This document shows positions 46,431-56,763 of a stretch of DNA of 64,000 bases, piece after piece. The notes beneath the pieces were generated by a model. The model was not told the DNA's origin. It was given only the letters and a program-made list of their open reading frames with translations, and did no database searches. Source of the DNA: an uncultured bacterium (GTDB taxonomy: Bacteria; Oederibacteriota; JAAXVQ01; JAUVAV01); NCBI GenBank assembly GCA_963710755.1, contig CAVQBK010000003.1:480001-544000 (forward strand), given 5' to 3'. The translations under genes were made by a program, and so were the position numbers. Within the stretch, counting starts at the first letter, position 1; every line of letters begins with the position of its first letter.

Positions 46431-47447
46431 ATGGCCTCATCAGAAAAACGGGCGGCCAAAGCACCGGCAACGTTGGCTTCAATACCTGTACGGGTGCGCC
46501 GCTACGACTTTAAAACTGTCCGCAAATTAAAACAAACCCAGCGCATCCGGCTGGGCGCCATTCATTCCCGCATGGCCGCAGTGCTGGCCAAACGCATGGA
46601 GGACTTGTTGCATGGCCATGTGGAAACATCCTTCCTGGGATTGGAGCAGGTGATGGTCAATGCCTTCCAGCCCGCGGACTACGGTGAAGTCGTTTGCATC
46701 ACTTTCAGCCTGGACCCGGGGCTGGGTCAGTGTTTTGCGTTGTGCCCGCGGGAGATTGCCTTTTTTGTTATTGAGCGGCTCCTGGGGAGCACGGGGGAAC
46801 AATTGTTCATGGACAAGCCGCTTTCCGGCTTTGAACGGCGCATGCTTCTGCGCTTTGGTCAGGAGCTGTGGTTCAGTCTGCAAAGCGGATTTGACCAGGA
46901 CAAGGAGCCCCAAGGGGGCTGCGTGAAAATTACGGAAGGCGTGGAGCCTTTTGCCGAGGACATGGCTTATGAAATTTTACTGCTGAGCAGGATCAATGTG
47001 CAGGCACCGTACCATCAAGGCAAGATTACCATGATATATCCTTATGCTCTGGCCCGGCCATGGATTGACGATCAGGAAGACAATGCCGGAGCCACCGAGG
47101 ACAACAGCTGGCGTACTTCCGAGATTGGTATCCCCAGCAGTCTGGCCCAAGCCCCGTTGGCAATGACCGTCAAGATGGATACCACGCCCATTAAAGTTTC
47201 GGATTTTACCAGTCTGCAAGAAGGGGATTGCATTCAGCTCAATCATTCCATTCATGATCCTTTTGAAATTATGGTGGAGAACCAGGTGAGGTATCGCGGC
47301 TACTTGGGTGTGGCCGGCCGGCAAATGGCCGTCAAGATCGCAGCCAAGCTAACCCCGGTACCGCCGTCACCGGGAGAACAACCGGGCAAGACGCAAGCCG
47401 GCCTGCAGGCTGGCGCTACGGGTAATCAACAGCAGGAGGCCGGATAA
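46431..47447 (+). CDS. fliM: Motor switch protein lacking the N-terminal LSQxEIDxLL peptide
   Basis: YDFK, ERLLG..G, LSGFE, C-terminal SpoA domain (LQEGDCIQL). Confidence 0.85.
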   Translation: MASSEKRAAKAPATLASIPVRVRRYDFKTVRKLKQTQRIRLGAIHSRMAAVLAKRMEDLLHGHVETSFLGLEQVMVNAFQPADYGEVVCITFSLDPGLGQCFALCPREIAFFVIERLLGSTGEQLFMDKPLSGFERRMLLRFGQELWFSLQSGFDQDKEPQGGCVKITEGVEPFAEDMAYEILLLSRINVQAPYHQGKITMIYPYALARPWIDDQEDNAGATEDNSWRTSEIGIPSSLAQAPLAMTVKMDTTPIKVSDFTSLQEGDCIQLNHSIHDPFEIMVENQVRYRGYLGVAGRQMAVKIAAKLTPVPPSPGEQPGKTQAGLQAGATGNQQQEAG

Positions 47448-47977
47448 TGGGAGAAAAAGCAGCATGGCAAATTTTAAAACCAGGGGTTGTTCAGACAGGC
47501 GCGGCCAACGCCAATCCCAGCGAACCCGCTATGGAAGCGGGCGCCGTGGAGGAGGAAGGCTTTTTACAGGAAACGGTTAAAGGCAAAGCTCAGCGCCAGG
47601 AATCGCGATCCCGAGATTATGGACGTCAGGGCTTTGACCAGCTTTCGGCCAAGGTGGTGCCTGAGAGTGAATGCGTGCAGCGGGTCAAATTTCCTGCTGT
47701 GCAAAGCACCCTGAACGATACGCAAGCTCTGGAAAAAATTGATTATCTGCGTGATGTGGATCTGGAAGTGGGTGTGGAATTGGGCAACACCATCTTATCC
47801 ATCAATAAAATTCTGGGCCTGGATGTGGGCTCGGTGGTGGAGCTCAATCAGACGGTAGGTGAGGAAGTCCGCATCCTGATCAACGGCAATCCTTATGCCC
47901 TGGGCGAGGTGGTGGTGATCGGAGAAAAATTCGGCGTCCGTCTGACCCGTATTATCCACGAACGGGGGCAAGGATAA
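47447..47977 (+). CDS. fliN: Motor switch protein
   Basis: DVDLEVGVELG, GSVVEL, GEVVVIGEKFGVR. Confidence 0.93.
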   Translation: MGEKAAWQILKPGVVQTGAANANPSEPAMEAGAVEEEGFLQETVKGKAQRQESRSRDYGRQGFDQLSAKVVPESECVQRVKFPAVQSTLNDTQALEKIDYLRDVDLEVGVELGNTILSINKILGLDVGSVVELNQTVGEEVRILINGNPYALGEVVVIGEKFGVRLTRIIHERGQG

Positions 47978-48402
47978 TGAATGAAGCGGCAGTCGATTTA
48001 TGGAGCTCCACCATGACGGCGCAAGCCTATAGCGGGTTGCAGGATATCAGCCTGGGCCGTTACCTAATCTCCTTGCTGCTGGTCCTGGCAGTGCTCATGC
48101 TGGCGGCTTGGCTGGTGCGCAGGGCCGGATGGTTTCAAACCGTGAGCCAGAAGCCGGACATCGCAGAGCCCGAGGATAAACTCTTGTTTTACACCCAGTT
48201 CAATAGCGAACAGACCCTGATGGTGGTCGAACAAAAACAAACCATTTATTGCTACATTATGAAAGGCAAACAAACACAACTGGCCACGCCCTTGCCGGGC
48301 CTGGTCGTTAAACCGGAACATTCTCACAAGACAGCCAAGCCCAGCCAATCCTTTCAAGCCTTCTGGCTGCAGGCTCTGGGTAAAAAGCGGGGCAAAAACT
48401 AA
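47977..48402 (+). CDS. fliO: FliO-like export protein
   Basis: One TM then WLVRR and C-terminal SF..W; sits between fliN and fliP. Confidence 0.7.
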   Translation: MNEAAVDLWSSTMTAQAYSGLQDISLGRYLISLLLVLAVLMLAAWLVRRAGWFQTVSQKPDIAEPEDKLLFYTQFNSEQTLMVVEQKQTIYCYIMKGKQTQLATPLPGLVVKPEHSHKTAKPSQSFQAFWLQALGKKRGKN

Positions 48403-49178
48403 TGCGAAGGCGCTGGCTCATGATCCTGCTGATGGGGGGGGCATTATTCCTGCCCTTGGCTGCCAGCGCGGCCAACACGACCTTCACCCTCAACCTGGGT
48501 CAGTCCGGCTCCGGTCTGCAGGTAGCCCTCAACCAGCCCGCCCATGGACAGGATCTGTCCACCATGATCAAACTGTTGTTGCTCTTCACAGTCATTTCGT
48601 TGGCGCCTGCTATTTTAGTGATGTGCACGTCTTTTACCCGTATTCTGATCGTGCTCTCTTTTTTACGGCAGGCCCTGGGTATTCACAATGTGCCGCCCAA
48701 TCAGATTCTGATTGCCATCGCGCTTTTTTTAACGGCCTTTAACATGCTGCCGGTGTGGAACCAAATCCAGAGCCAGGCCCTGGTGCCTTACCAGGCTGGT
48801 CAGATCTCCTGGTCGGAAGTCGGCCAAAAAGCAGTGGAACCGGTGCGCCTGTTCATGGTCCGCCATACGCGCACCAAGGATATGGCTCTCTTTATTAAAC
48901 TGGCCAAACAAGCCCCGCCGGCCACACCTCAGGATGTCTCCTTTTTAACGCTTATTCCCAGTTTTATTCTCAGTGAACTGCGCATTGCTTTTCAAATCGG
49001 ATTTTTGCTGTATCTGCCTTTTTTGGTGGTGGACATGGTGGTGGCCAGCATTTTGCTCAGCATGGGCATGATGATGCTGCCGCCCATCATGATCTCTCTG
49101 CCTTTTAAAATATTATTGTTCGTGCTGGTGGATGGTTGGAATTTGCTGGTGACAGCACTGCTCAAGAGTTTTCATTAA
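48402..49178 (+). CDS. fliP: Export gate protein
   Basis: TSFTRI, PPNQ, PSFILSEL..AFQIGF, SMGMMMLPP, DGW. Confidence 0.97.
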   Translation: MRRRWLMILLMGGALFLPLAASAANTTFTLNLGQSGSGLQVALNQPAHGQDLSTMIKLLLLFTVISLAPAILVMCTSFTRILIVLSFLRQALGIHNVPPNQILIAIALFLTAFNMLPVWNQIQSQALVPYQAGQISWSEVGQKAVEPVRLFMVRHTRTKDMALFIKLAKQAPPATPQDVSFLTLIPSFILSELRIAFQIGFLLYLPFLVVDMVVASILLSMGMMMLPPIMISLPFKILLFVLVDGWNLLVTALLKSFH

Positions 49179-49202
49179 TACTTTTTTTGGAGGCACAAGG
49201 TC

Positions 49203-49472
49203 ATGAATGAATTATTGGTGATGAAATTGGCCAAGGATGCCCTGATTTTAATCGCCCTGGTGGCCGCGCCGTCGCTGGTCTTTGGTCTGGTGGTGGGCTT
49301 GGTGGTCAGTGTTTTCCAGGCCGTAACCTCCATACAGGAAATGACGCTGGCCATCATTCCCAAAATCTTCGCAGTCTTTATTGCCTTGCTGATATTCGGA
49401 CCGTGGTGCATGAAACTGATGACCAGTTTTGCTTATCAAATTATATCCAATATTCCCAAGTACGTGCATTAA
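49203..49472 (+). CDS. fliQ: Export gate protein
   Basis: FQAVTSIQEMTL..IPK, GPW. Confidence 0.96.
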   Translation: MNELLVMKLAKDALILIALVAAPSLVFGLVVGLVVSVFQAVTSIQEMTLAIIPKIFAVFIALLIFGPWCMKLMTSFAYQIISNIPKYVH

Positions 49473-49491
49473 AGCCGGAACAGAGGTGGGC

Positions 49492-50265
49492 ATGGAAGCA
49501 TTTTTAGGCTGGTGGCAAGTGTTTATTCTCGGCATGGGCCGGGTGGGCGGCCTGGTGGCGTTGGCGCCGGTCATCGGCGGCCGCACCATGCCCATGATCA
49601 TCAAAGTCCTGGTCACGCTGATTCTGACGTTGTTTTGCATAAGTGTAGTAAAGCTGCACGCGCCTGCGCTCGATTTGGCTCCGGGCTGGATGGCGGTGTT
49701 GATCATCAAGGAGATGGTGATCGGCCTGATCATGGGCTTCACGGTGACCGTGGTGATTGCCGGCTGCCAGGCTGCCGGAGAATTCATGGGTTTTCAAATG
49801 ATGTTCACCGCGGCCTCCACATTCATGGCCTATACAGAGGAACAAAGCACGGTCATCAGCAATTATTTTTACATCCTGGCGGTGCTTATATTCGTTTCCC
49901 TGGACGGCCAGCATTGGCTGATCCAAGGGCTGGTGAAGAGTTTTGAAGTGGTGCCCGTCTACGGCCTGCCGGCGCACTTGGGGCCTATGCAGGCGTGGGT
50001 GCGATTCTTTGGCAATATCTTTGAAGTGGGATTGCATCTGGCCCTGCCACTCATGGGAACCCTACTGGTCACCAATTTGATGCTGGGCATGATTGCACGC
50101 ACCATGCCCCAGCTCAATGTTTTTGTGGTAGGTCTGCCGGTACAGATCCTGGCCGGCATTCTGCTCATGATCGTGATGATCAGCGGCCTGACCTTGGCGG
50201 AGAGCACCATCTTCAAGCAGTGGAGCCGGGAATTGCTGGCCCTGATCCATTCCCTGGGCAGGTAG
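49492..50265 (+). CDS. fliR: Export gate protein
   Basis: KEMVIG, AGEFMGFQM, RTMPQLNVFVVGLP. Confidence 0.94.
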   Translation: MEAFLGWWQVFILGMGRVGGLVALAPVIGGRTMPMIIKVLVTLILTLFCISVVKLHAPALDLAPGWMAVLIIKEMVIGLIMGFTVTVVIAGCQAAGEFMGFQMMFTAASTFMAYTEEQSTVISNYFYILAVLIFVSLDGQHWLIQGLVKSFEVVPVYGLPAHLGPMQAWVRFFGNIFEVGLHLALPLMGTLLVTNLMLGMIARTMPQLNVFVVGLPVQILAGILLMIVMISGLTLAESTIFKQWSRELLALIHSLGR

Positions 50266-50349
50266 GAGCTTGAGCAACTGAATGTCGAAGCTCCCGAGCA
50301 ATTGAGATTCGAAAAAAAGGACGGGTTCGAGCGGAGCAAAAGGTAACTA

Positions 50350-50516
50350 GTTCTTGTTGCGGAAAGGACATTTTCATATCCCCTCTCCCCCGAATTTGGG
50401 GGCGAGGGTGAGGGGGTAAAAGCCTTTGATTCTAAAGATAATCCCTCACCTTACCTCTCCCAAGAGGAGAGGGGTTTTTTATTAAGATCGAAAAAATCTG
50501 TTTCCGCAACAAGAAC
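50350..50516. mobile_element. MITE-like element (167 bp)
   Basis: 16-bp perfect TIR GTTCTTGTTGCGGAAA / TTTCCGCAACAAGAAC; 6-bp direct repeat TAACTA on both flanks; internal CCCTCTCCC/GAGGG palindromes. Confidence 0.8.
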
Positions 50517-50631
50517 TAACTATTGCTGGCATAGGTTCCCGGCATAGATCAAGTTTATCTGTGAGGGCGTAAAGATTTGAGCCCCCACAGTAAGTAAATT
50601 CCGGCTTGGCCGGAATGGCAAGGTGAAAACG

Positions 50632-51699
50632 ATGGCAGAAGCAAACAGAACCGAAGCCGCAACGCCTAAAAAGAAGCGTGAGGCGCGCGACAAGGGAGAA
50701 GTGGCCAGGAGCATTGAGATCAGTGCTGCCGTGAATATGCTGGTGGGGTTGACCGTGGTCTGCCTCTTTGCCGGCCATGTGCTGGCTCAGACCAAGGAGT
50801 TGATCAGTTTTACCTTTGCCCAATTCTCGGCCACGCCCTTGTCCATGGTAAATCTGAGCGAGCTGATGCGCTTTGCCTTGATCAAAATAATAATCATGGC
50901 TGCGCCCATGCTCTTTTTTATCATTTTGGCCATTGTACTGGCCAATTATCTGCAGATTGGTTTCCAGATTGCACCTCAGGCCATCACGCCTAAATTATCC
51001 AATCTCAATCCGCTTAACGGGGTAAAGCGCCTTTTCAATGCCCGCGCCCTGATGGAACTGTTGAAAGCCACCATCAAGGTCTTTTTCGTCATTACCATTG
51101 TATGGGCCATCGTTAAAAGTCATTTGCCGGCCATGGTGCTCATGCTCTCCGGGCCGCTGCCCGCGGTGTTGCAAAGCGTAGGGCAAATGCTCTGGGCCGT
51201 CATTTGGCAACTGGGTTTGTTCTTTCTGTTAGTGGGTGTGCTTGATTATTTCTGGCAACGCTATGAGTTTTTCAAACGTCTGCGCATGACCAAACAGGAA
51301 GTGCGCGATGAGTACAAACAGCAGGAAGGGGACATGCAGATCAAATCGCGGCGTCGGTCGAAACACCGCAAAATGGTGATGACCCGCATTGCCGCAGAAG
51401 TGGCCCGGGCTGATGTGGTCACCACCAACCCCACCCACTATGCCGTGGCCCTGCGCTATGATCAGAACAGTATGCGCGCCCCCAAGGTGGTGGCCAAAGG
51501 TGAAAATCACTGGGCCAAAATCATCCGCCGTCTGGCCATCAAACATCAGGTGCCGGTGATTGAGAACAAAGCGGTGACCAGAGCTATTTACAAACATGTG
51601 GAAGTGGGACGGGAAATCCCGCCCATGCTTTACAAAGCGGTGGCGGAAATTCTGGCGGCCCTGTACAAACTCCGGGCTGGAAAGGGGATGCGTCCATGA
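50632..51699 (+). CDS. flhB: Export gate substrate-switch protein
   Basis: TEAATPKK, MTKQEVRDEYK..EGD, NPTH autocleavage motif. Confidence 0.97.
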   Translation: MAEANRTEAATPKKKREARDKGEVARSIEISAAVNMLVGLTVVCLFAGHVLAQTKELISFTFAQFSATPLSMVNLSELMRFALIKIIIMAAPMLFFIILAIVLANYLQIGFQIAPQAITPKLSNLNPLNGVKRLFNARALMELLKATIKVFFVITIVWAIVKSHLPAMVLMLSGPLPAVLQSVGQMLWAVIWQLGLFFLLVGVLDYFWQRYEFFKRLRMTKQEVRDEYKQQEGDMQIKSRRRSKHRKMVMTRIAAEVARADVVTTNPTHYAVALRYDQNSMRAPKVVAKGENHWAKIIRRLAIKHQVPVIENKAVTRAIYKHVEVGREIPPMLYKAVAEILAALYKLRAGKGMRP

Positions 51700-53759
51700 G
51701 CACTCCGCGTGTCAGTCTCTCCGGGAAAATAGGGGAAATGAGTGTGGTGGTGGGGATCATCGTTTTGCTGATGATCATGGTGATTCCCCTGCCCAGTGCT
51801 TTTTTAAGTTTTCTGATTGTTATTAATCTCTGCATTGCCCTGGTCATTCTCATGCTCTCCATTTATATCAACAAGCCCCTGGAGTTTTCTTCCTTTCCCT
51901 CGGTGCTGCTTATCATGACCCTTTTTGACCTGGGTCTGCACATCTCGGCCACCCGCCTGATCCTGACCACAGCCAACGCTGGCGCCGTCATCCGCGGTTT
52001 TGGAGAAGTGATGACCGGCGGCAACGCCGGGGTGGGACTGGTGCTGTTCGTCATCATCACCATCGTGCAATTTATCGTGATCACCAAGGGCGCGGAACGT
52101 ATCTCGGAAGTCACGGCCCGCTTTACTCTGGATGCCATGCCGGGCAAGCAAATGTCCATTGACGCCGACCTGAATGCAGGCATCATCACCAATGAGGAGG
52201 CTAAGTCCCGGCGTGCTGAAATCACCGATGAATCCAATTTCTACGGTGCCATGGACGGGGCCAGTAAATTTGTCAAAGGCAATGTGATCGCGGGCTTCAT
52301 CATTATTCTTATCAATATTGTAGGCGGAATTCTGATCGGGTTTATCAATCAGCAAATGGATTGGCTGGATATCTTCCGGACCTACACGCTACTGACCATC
52401 GGTGAAGGTCTGGTCATCATTATCCCTTCCTTTTTGACCGCTGTGGCCGCAGCCATCATCATTACCCGGGCAGCCTCGCGGTCCAACCTGGGCACGGCTT
52501 CCATTAAGGAAATGCTGGCCCGGCCCAAGGCGCTGAAGGTGGTGGCTGTGGTGACCTTTATTTTCGGCTGTGCCGGCCTGTTCACCGCCCTGCCGGTCAT
52601 GCCTTTCTGGATCATGTCCGCATTGCTGGTACTGGCCACTATGGCGGCCGAGAAAAGCGAAAAGCAGCAACAGGAAATCGCCGTTAAGACCAAGGAAACC
52701 GAGGAAGAACCGGCGGAGATGGTGGCGCCCTTTCTGCTGGTGCCTCCCATTGAATTGGAGCTGGGCTACGGCCTGCTGGGCATGGTGGACTCGGAACGGC
52801 GGGGCAGCCTGCTGAGCCGCATCAAGATGGTGCGCCAAAATCTGGCTGTGGAACTGGGCATTGTGGTGCCGCCCATCCGGGTTAAGGACAATATCAAGCT
52901 GCCGCAGAATGCCTATACCATCAAGATCAAAGGTGTGGAGAAGACCAGCTATGAAATCTATCCCGGCCACTTTCTGGCCATGAATACCAATAACCAAAAA
53001 GAAAACTTGCCCGGTATCCGCACCAAGGAACCCACCTTCGGTCTGGAGGCCACCTGGCTGGCGGAGAACTGGAAGGACAAAGCCGAGGCCATGGGTTTTA
53101 CGGTGGTGGATGCGGCTACCGTACTCATCACCAATCTGATGGAAGTGCTGCGCGCCAATGCCCATGAAATCCTGGGCCGCCAGGAAGTGCAGGTGCTCAT
53201 TGACCACCTGCGGCCCAGCTATCCTGCGGTGGTGGAGGAATTGCTGCCCCATCTGCTGACCCTGGGGGAGGTGCAGCAGGTGCTTAAAAAATTATTGCAG
53301 GAAAGGGTGCCCATTCGTGACATGGTGACCATCCTGGAAAGCTTGTCCAACGCCGCCCGCCATAACAAGGACCTGGACACACTGGCCGAGCACGTCCGCC
53401 TTTCCCTGGGCAGTGCCATCTGTCAGCAATTTCAGACCAGCAAAAATCTGCTCTCTGTGATTACCATGGATCCTGGCGTGGAACGTCTCATCGCCGACTC
53501 GGTGCAGACCACCACCTATGGTTATACCTATAGTGTGGAACCCAATATACTCCAGAAAATTTACGGCCAGGTAACCAAGATGGTGGAAAAATTCCTGCCC
53601 CATGCCAAACATCCGGTGATTCTCTGTTCCCCGCAGGTGCGGGTGCATTTGAAAAAATTAACGGAGCGGGTCTTCCCGCACCTGGTGGTGATTTCTTACA
53701 ACGAAGTGCCCCAGCAATTCCGGGTGCAGTCTCTGGGCATGGTGGAAATGCCGGTGTAG
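51696..53759 (+). CDS. flhA: Export gate protein
   Basis: KGAERISEVTARFTLDAMPGKQMSIDADL, GAMDGASKFVKG. Confidence 0.97.
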   Translation: MSTPRVSLSGKIGEMSVVVGIIVLLMIMVIPLPSAFLSFLIVINLCIALVILMLSIYINKPLEFSSFPSVLLIMTLFDLGLHISATRLILTTANAGAVIRGFGEVMTGGNAGVGLVLFVIITIVQFIVITKGAERISEVTARFTLDAMPGKQMSIDADLNAGIITNEEAKSRRAEITDESNFYGAMDGASKFVKGNVIAGFIIILINIVGGILIGFINQQMDWLDIFRTYTLLTIGEGLVIIIPSFLTAVAAAIIITRAASRSNLGTASIKEMLARPKALKVVAVVTFIFGCAGLFTALPVMPFWIMSALLVLATMAAEKSEKQQQEIAVKTKETEEEPAEMVAPFLLVPPIELELGYGLLGMVDSERRGSLLSRIKMVRQNLAVELGIVVPPIRVKDNIKLPQNAYTIKIKGVEKTSYEIYPGHFLAMNTNNQKENLPGIRTKEPTFGLEATWLAENWKDKAEAMGFTVVDAATVLITNLMEVLRANAHEILGRQEVQVLIDHLRPSYPAVVEELLPHLLTLGEVQQVLKKLLQERVPIRDMVTILESLSNAARHNKDLDTLAEHVRLSLGSAICQQFQTSKNLLSVITMDPGVERLIADSVQTTTYGYTYSVEPNILQKIYGQVTKMVEKFLPHAKHPVILCSPQVRVHLKKLTERVFPHLVVISYNEVPQQFRVQSLGMVEMPV

Positions 53760-53791
53760 GTTAAAACAGAAACGAACAAGGGTGTGATGAT

Positions 53792-55246
53792 ATGGAACAA
53801 CGGCAAAGATTTAAAGTGGTGGCCATAGATGATGAACCGGAAATTTGCTGGCTGATCACACGTATTCTGGAAGAAGCAGGCTACGAAGCCTATATGGCTG
53901 ACAACGGTCCGGACGGGCTGGCCCTGATCAAGCAACATCAGCCGGACCTGGTGCTGCTCGATCTGCGTCTGCCCGGTATGGACGGCCTGGAGATTTTGCG
54001 GCGCCTGCGCGAATTTGACAAGGACCTGATGGTGATTATTCTCTCCGCCTTCGAGAGCTTCGAGGCAGCCGTGCAGGCTATGAAATTGGGATCCTATGAT
54101 TTTTTGACCAAACCCATTAATGTGGAAGAAATGAAAATTACCATGAAAAACGCCTTGCAAACCAAACAACTGGTCAAAGAAGTCAAAGACCTTAAACGGC
54201 AGGTCAAGGAAAGTAAAAGAGCCAGCACCATTGTAGGGCATTGCCCGGCCATGCAGGAACTGGACCGTCAGATTGAACTGGCCAGTGCCCATAATATCTC
54301 TGTGTTGATTCTGGGGGAGAGCGGCACCGGCAAGGAGCTTTTGGCCCGGGCCGTGCACTACCACAGCCAGCGTAAGCAGGAACCTTTTATCTGCATCGAC
54401 TGTTCCACCATCCCCGAGAATTTAATCGAGAGTGAGCTCTTTGGTCATGAACGGGGCGCGTTTACGGGCGCCACAGAGCGTAAGATCGGGCGCCTGGAGC
54501 TGGCACACAAAGGCACGCTTTTTCTGGACGAAATAGGTAATATGCCCATGACCATGCAGATGAAGCTGCTAAGAGTCATTCAGGAACGCACGATTACCCG
54601 TTTGGGCGGAAAGGAATCCATTCCTATTGATATCCGGCTGATCACAGCGACCAACCAGGATCTGCGCCAAAGCATACAGGACGCCGGCTTCCGCCAGGAT
54701 CTTTATTACCGGCTCAATGAATTTCCCATCTGCCTGCCGCCCTTGCGAGAGCGGGGGGAGGACATTCATGTGCTGGCCAAATATTTTCTGGATAAATTCA
54801 ACCACGAGTTTTCCAAGCATCTCTTGGGTTTCACGGCGGAGGCCAAGACCTGCTTGGAAGTCTATCCCTGGCCGGGCAATGTGCGTGAATTGCAGGGTGC
54901 GGTTAAACGGGCGGTAATTTTGGCCGGTGATTGGATTGCGCCGGAGCATCTGCCGGTGGAGATCACCAAGCACGCCAAACTGCCCAGTCATGCGTTTACG
55001 CTGGAGACCTCACTGGACGAGATTAGACCCATTAAAGAAGTCTCCCGGGAAGTGGTGGCCAAAATCGAGCGGGAACTGATCCAGCGGGCTCTGGAAAAAA
55101 CCAAAGGCAACAAGGTCAAAACCGCCCGATGCCTGGGCATTGATTATAAAACCTTGTTTAACAAATTAAGGCAGTATCACATTGAAATGGAAATGCCCAT
55201 GCGGATTGATTCCTCTTCCATGCCGCAATGGCACAGCCTATCCTGA
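53792..55246 (+). CDS. sigma54-dependent response regulator (REC-AAA+-Fis HTH), likely flagellar activator
   Basis: [42 protein letters not shown]-terminal HTH. Confidence 0.93.
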   Translation: MEQRQRFKVVAIDDEPEICWLITRILEEAGYEAYMADNGPDGLALIKQHQPDLVLLDLRLPGMDGLEILRRLREFDKDLMVIILSAFESFEAAVQAMKLGSYDFLTKPINVEEMKITMKNALQTKQLVKEVKDLKRQVKESKRASTIVGHCPAMQELDRQIELASAHNISVLILGESGTGKELLARAVHYHSQRKQEPFICIDCSTIPENLIESELFGHERGAFTGATERKIGRLELAHKGTLFLDEIGNMPMTMQMKLLRVIQERTITRLGGKESIPIDIRLITATNQDLRQSIQDAGFRQDLYYRLNEFPICLPPLRERGEDIHVLAKYFLDKFNHEFSKHLLGFTAEAKTCLEVYPWPGNVRELQGAVKRAVILAGDWIAPEHLPVEITKHAKLPSHAFTLETSLDEIRPIKEVSREVVAKIERELIQRALEKTKGNKVKTARCLGIDYKTLFNKLRQYHIEMEMPMRIDSSSMPQWHSLS

Positions 55247-55265
55247 CAAAATGGGGAGGTAAGTT

Positions 55266-55520
55266 ATGCGGCTGCTTTGGAATTTAGCCATGACGCTGAT
55301 GTTGACCTTGACCGGATTATCTATTCTTCTCGGCCTGGTATTGGGCCATGCGGTTGAGGCTATAGTGCTGCGCAGCACAGTAGTGCTGGTGGTCTCCGGT
55401 ATGGCCGTCATGGGACTGTCTCTCTGGAATATGCAGGAATATCGTCAGGCCCGAAAAATAGCCAGGCGGCTAAAAACAGCCCCCAAGGCACCTGATGCCA
55501 ATACCAGGGAGGCGGCCTGA
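55266..55520 (+). CDS. Small two-TM membrane protein
   Basis: GGGAGG RBS, two hydrophobic helices, within the operon. Confidence 0.65.
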   Translation: MRLLWNLAMTLMLTLTGLSILLGLVLGHAVEAIVLRSTVVLVVSGMAVMGLSLWNMQEYRQARKIARRLKTAPKAPDANTREAA

Positions 55521-55609
55521 GCCGCGCCCTATTGAGCTAAGAAAGGCTCCTGCCGATGCTTAGGCGGCAGGGCTACCTCAAGCAAGGTTATGTAAGCGGA
55601 GGAAAAGGC

Positions 55610-56374
55610 ATGACGCCTGAAGAACGCCACGATTGGGAACAATACAAACGCCATCAGGATCCCCAGGCCCATGAACGTTTATGCCAGCGTTATCTGCAGG
55701 ACGTCAAACGTATTGTGGGGCGCATGAGCATTTATATCGGTGACAATGCCATCGATCGTGAAGATTTGGTCCATGCCGGGGTGATCGGGCTCATCAATGC
55801 CATAGAACATTTCGATCTGGGTAAGGAAACAGGGTTCCTTGAATTTGCCTTCAAACGAATCCGGGGCGCTGTGTATGACGAATTGCGCCACCTGGACGGA
55901 TTTTCCTCCCGCTCACGGCGGCAGCAACGGCACTTGGAAAAGGTCAAGGACTTGTTACAGCAGCATTTGTTCCGTGCTCCCTCGGAGGAGGAAACGGCCG
56001 AGGCCATGGGCATCAGTGTCGATAAATTACGGGCCTTGCAGAACAACCTGAAAAACGTCCGCTCCGAACCACTGACGCCCGATATGGAGGAGACTTATTG
56101 TGAGTCAGCTTTGCGGCCGCTCAAGAGCAGCCTGCCTGATGCGGACGGGCTCTCGGCTTTGGAGAAATACCGGGTGGTGGAAAATAAGATCGATCAATTG
56201 CCGGAGCGCACTAAAATTATTCTGAGTCTCTATTATGCGGAAGGGCTGACGCTGAAGGAAATTGCGCAGATCATGGAGATCACCGAATCCCGGGTTTGCC
56301 AGATTCATGCCAATGCCATCGAACTGCTCCATGATCAATTGGATCAAATTAATTCGGTGTTTTTAAGACGGTAG
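55610..56374 (+). CDS. fliA: Flagellar sigma factor sigma28
   Basis: DLVHAGVIGL, RIRGAVYDELR, LYYAEGLTLKEIA..ITESRVCQIH. Confidence 0.95.
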   Translation: MTPEERHDWEQYKRHQDPQAHERLCQRYLQDVKRIVGRMSIYIGDNAIDREDLVHAGVIGLINAIEHFDLGKETGFLEFAFKRIRGAVYDELRHLDGFSSRSRRQQRHLEKVKDLLQQHLFRAPSEEETAEAMGISVDKLRALQNNLKNVRSEPLTPDMEETYCESALRPLKSSLPDADGLSALEKYRVVENKIDQLPERTKIILSLYYAEGLTLKEIAQIMEITESRVCQIHANAIELLHDQLDQINSVFLRR

Positions 56375-56426
56375 GGCCGGCCAAACCGGATGATGGGCAA
56401 CAGCCGCCCACCAGGAAAGGAGCGCC

Positions 56427-56741
56427 ATGGTAGAACCGCTCGACGCGCAGAATATGCTCTCGCGCACGCCCCTGGTTGAAAAAACCGTGGCCGCCCAGCA
56501 GGAAAACGCGTCACAGCTGCAGGCCCAGGCCGCCCAGTTTAAAAAGGAGCGGCTCCATGAAGGGGAACACATCCATCGCGAAGGGGAAGCAGACCGTACC
56601 GAGGATCCTCCCAAAAAGGAAGGCCAAGCTCCCCAGGATCAGGATCCACATCAGGCCCAGGGCGGGGCCAAGGAACAGTCCGTGGAATGGGTGGAAGAAA
56701 GCGCCGATGAACCGGCGCATAACCTGGACATCACCATTTAA
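56427..56741 (+). CDS. Hypothetical hydrophilic protein of the flagellar operon
   Basis: AAGGAG RBS; Q/E-rich; ends HNLDITI. Confidence 0.6.
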   Translation: MVEPLDAQNMLSRTPLVEKTVAAQQENASQLQAQAAQFKKERLHEGEHIHREGEADRTEDPPKKEGQAPQDQDPHQAQGGAKEQSVEWVEESADEPAHNLDITI

Positions 56742-56763
56742 GGTTGGGGGAAAGGATAACCGG

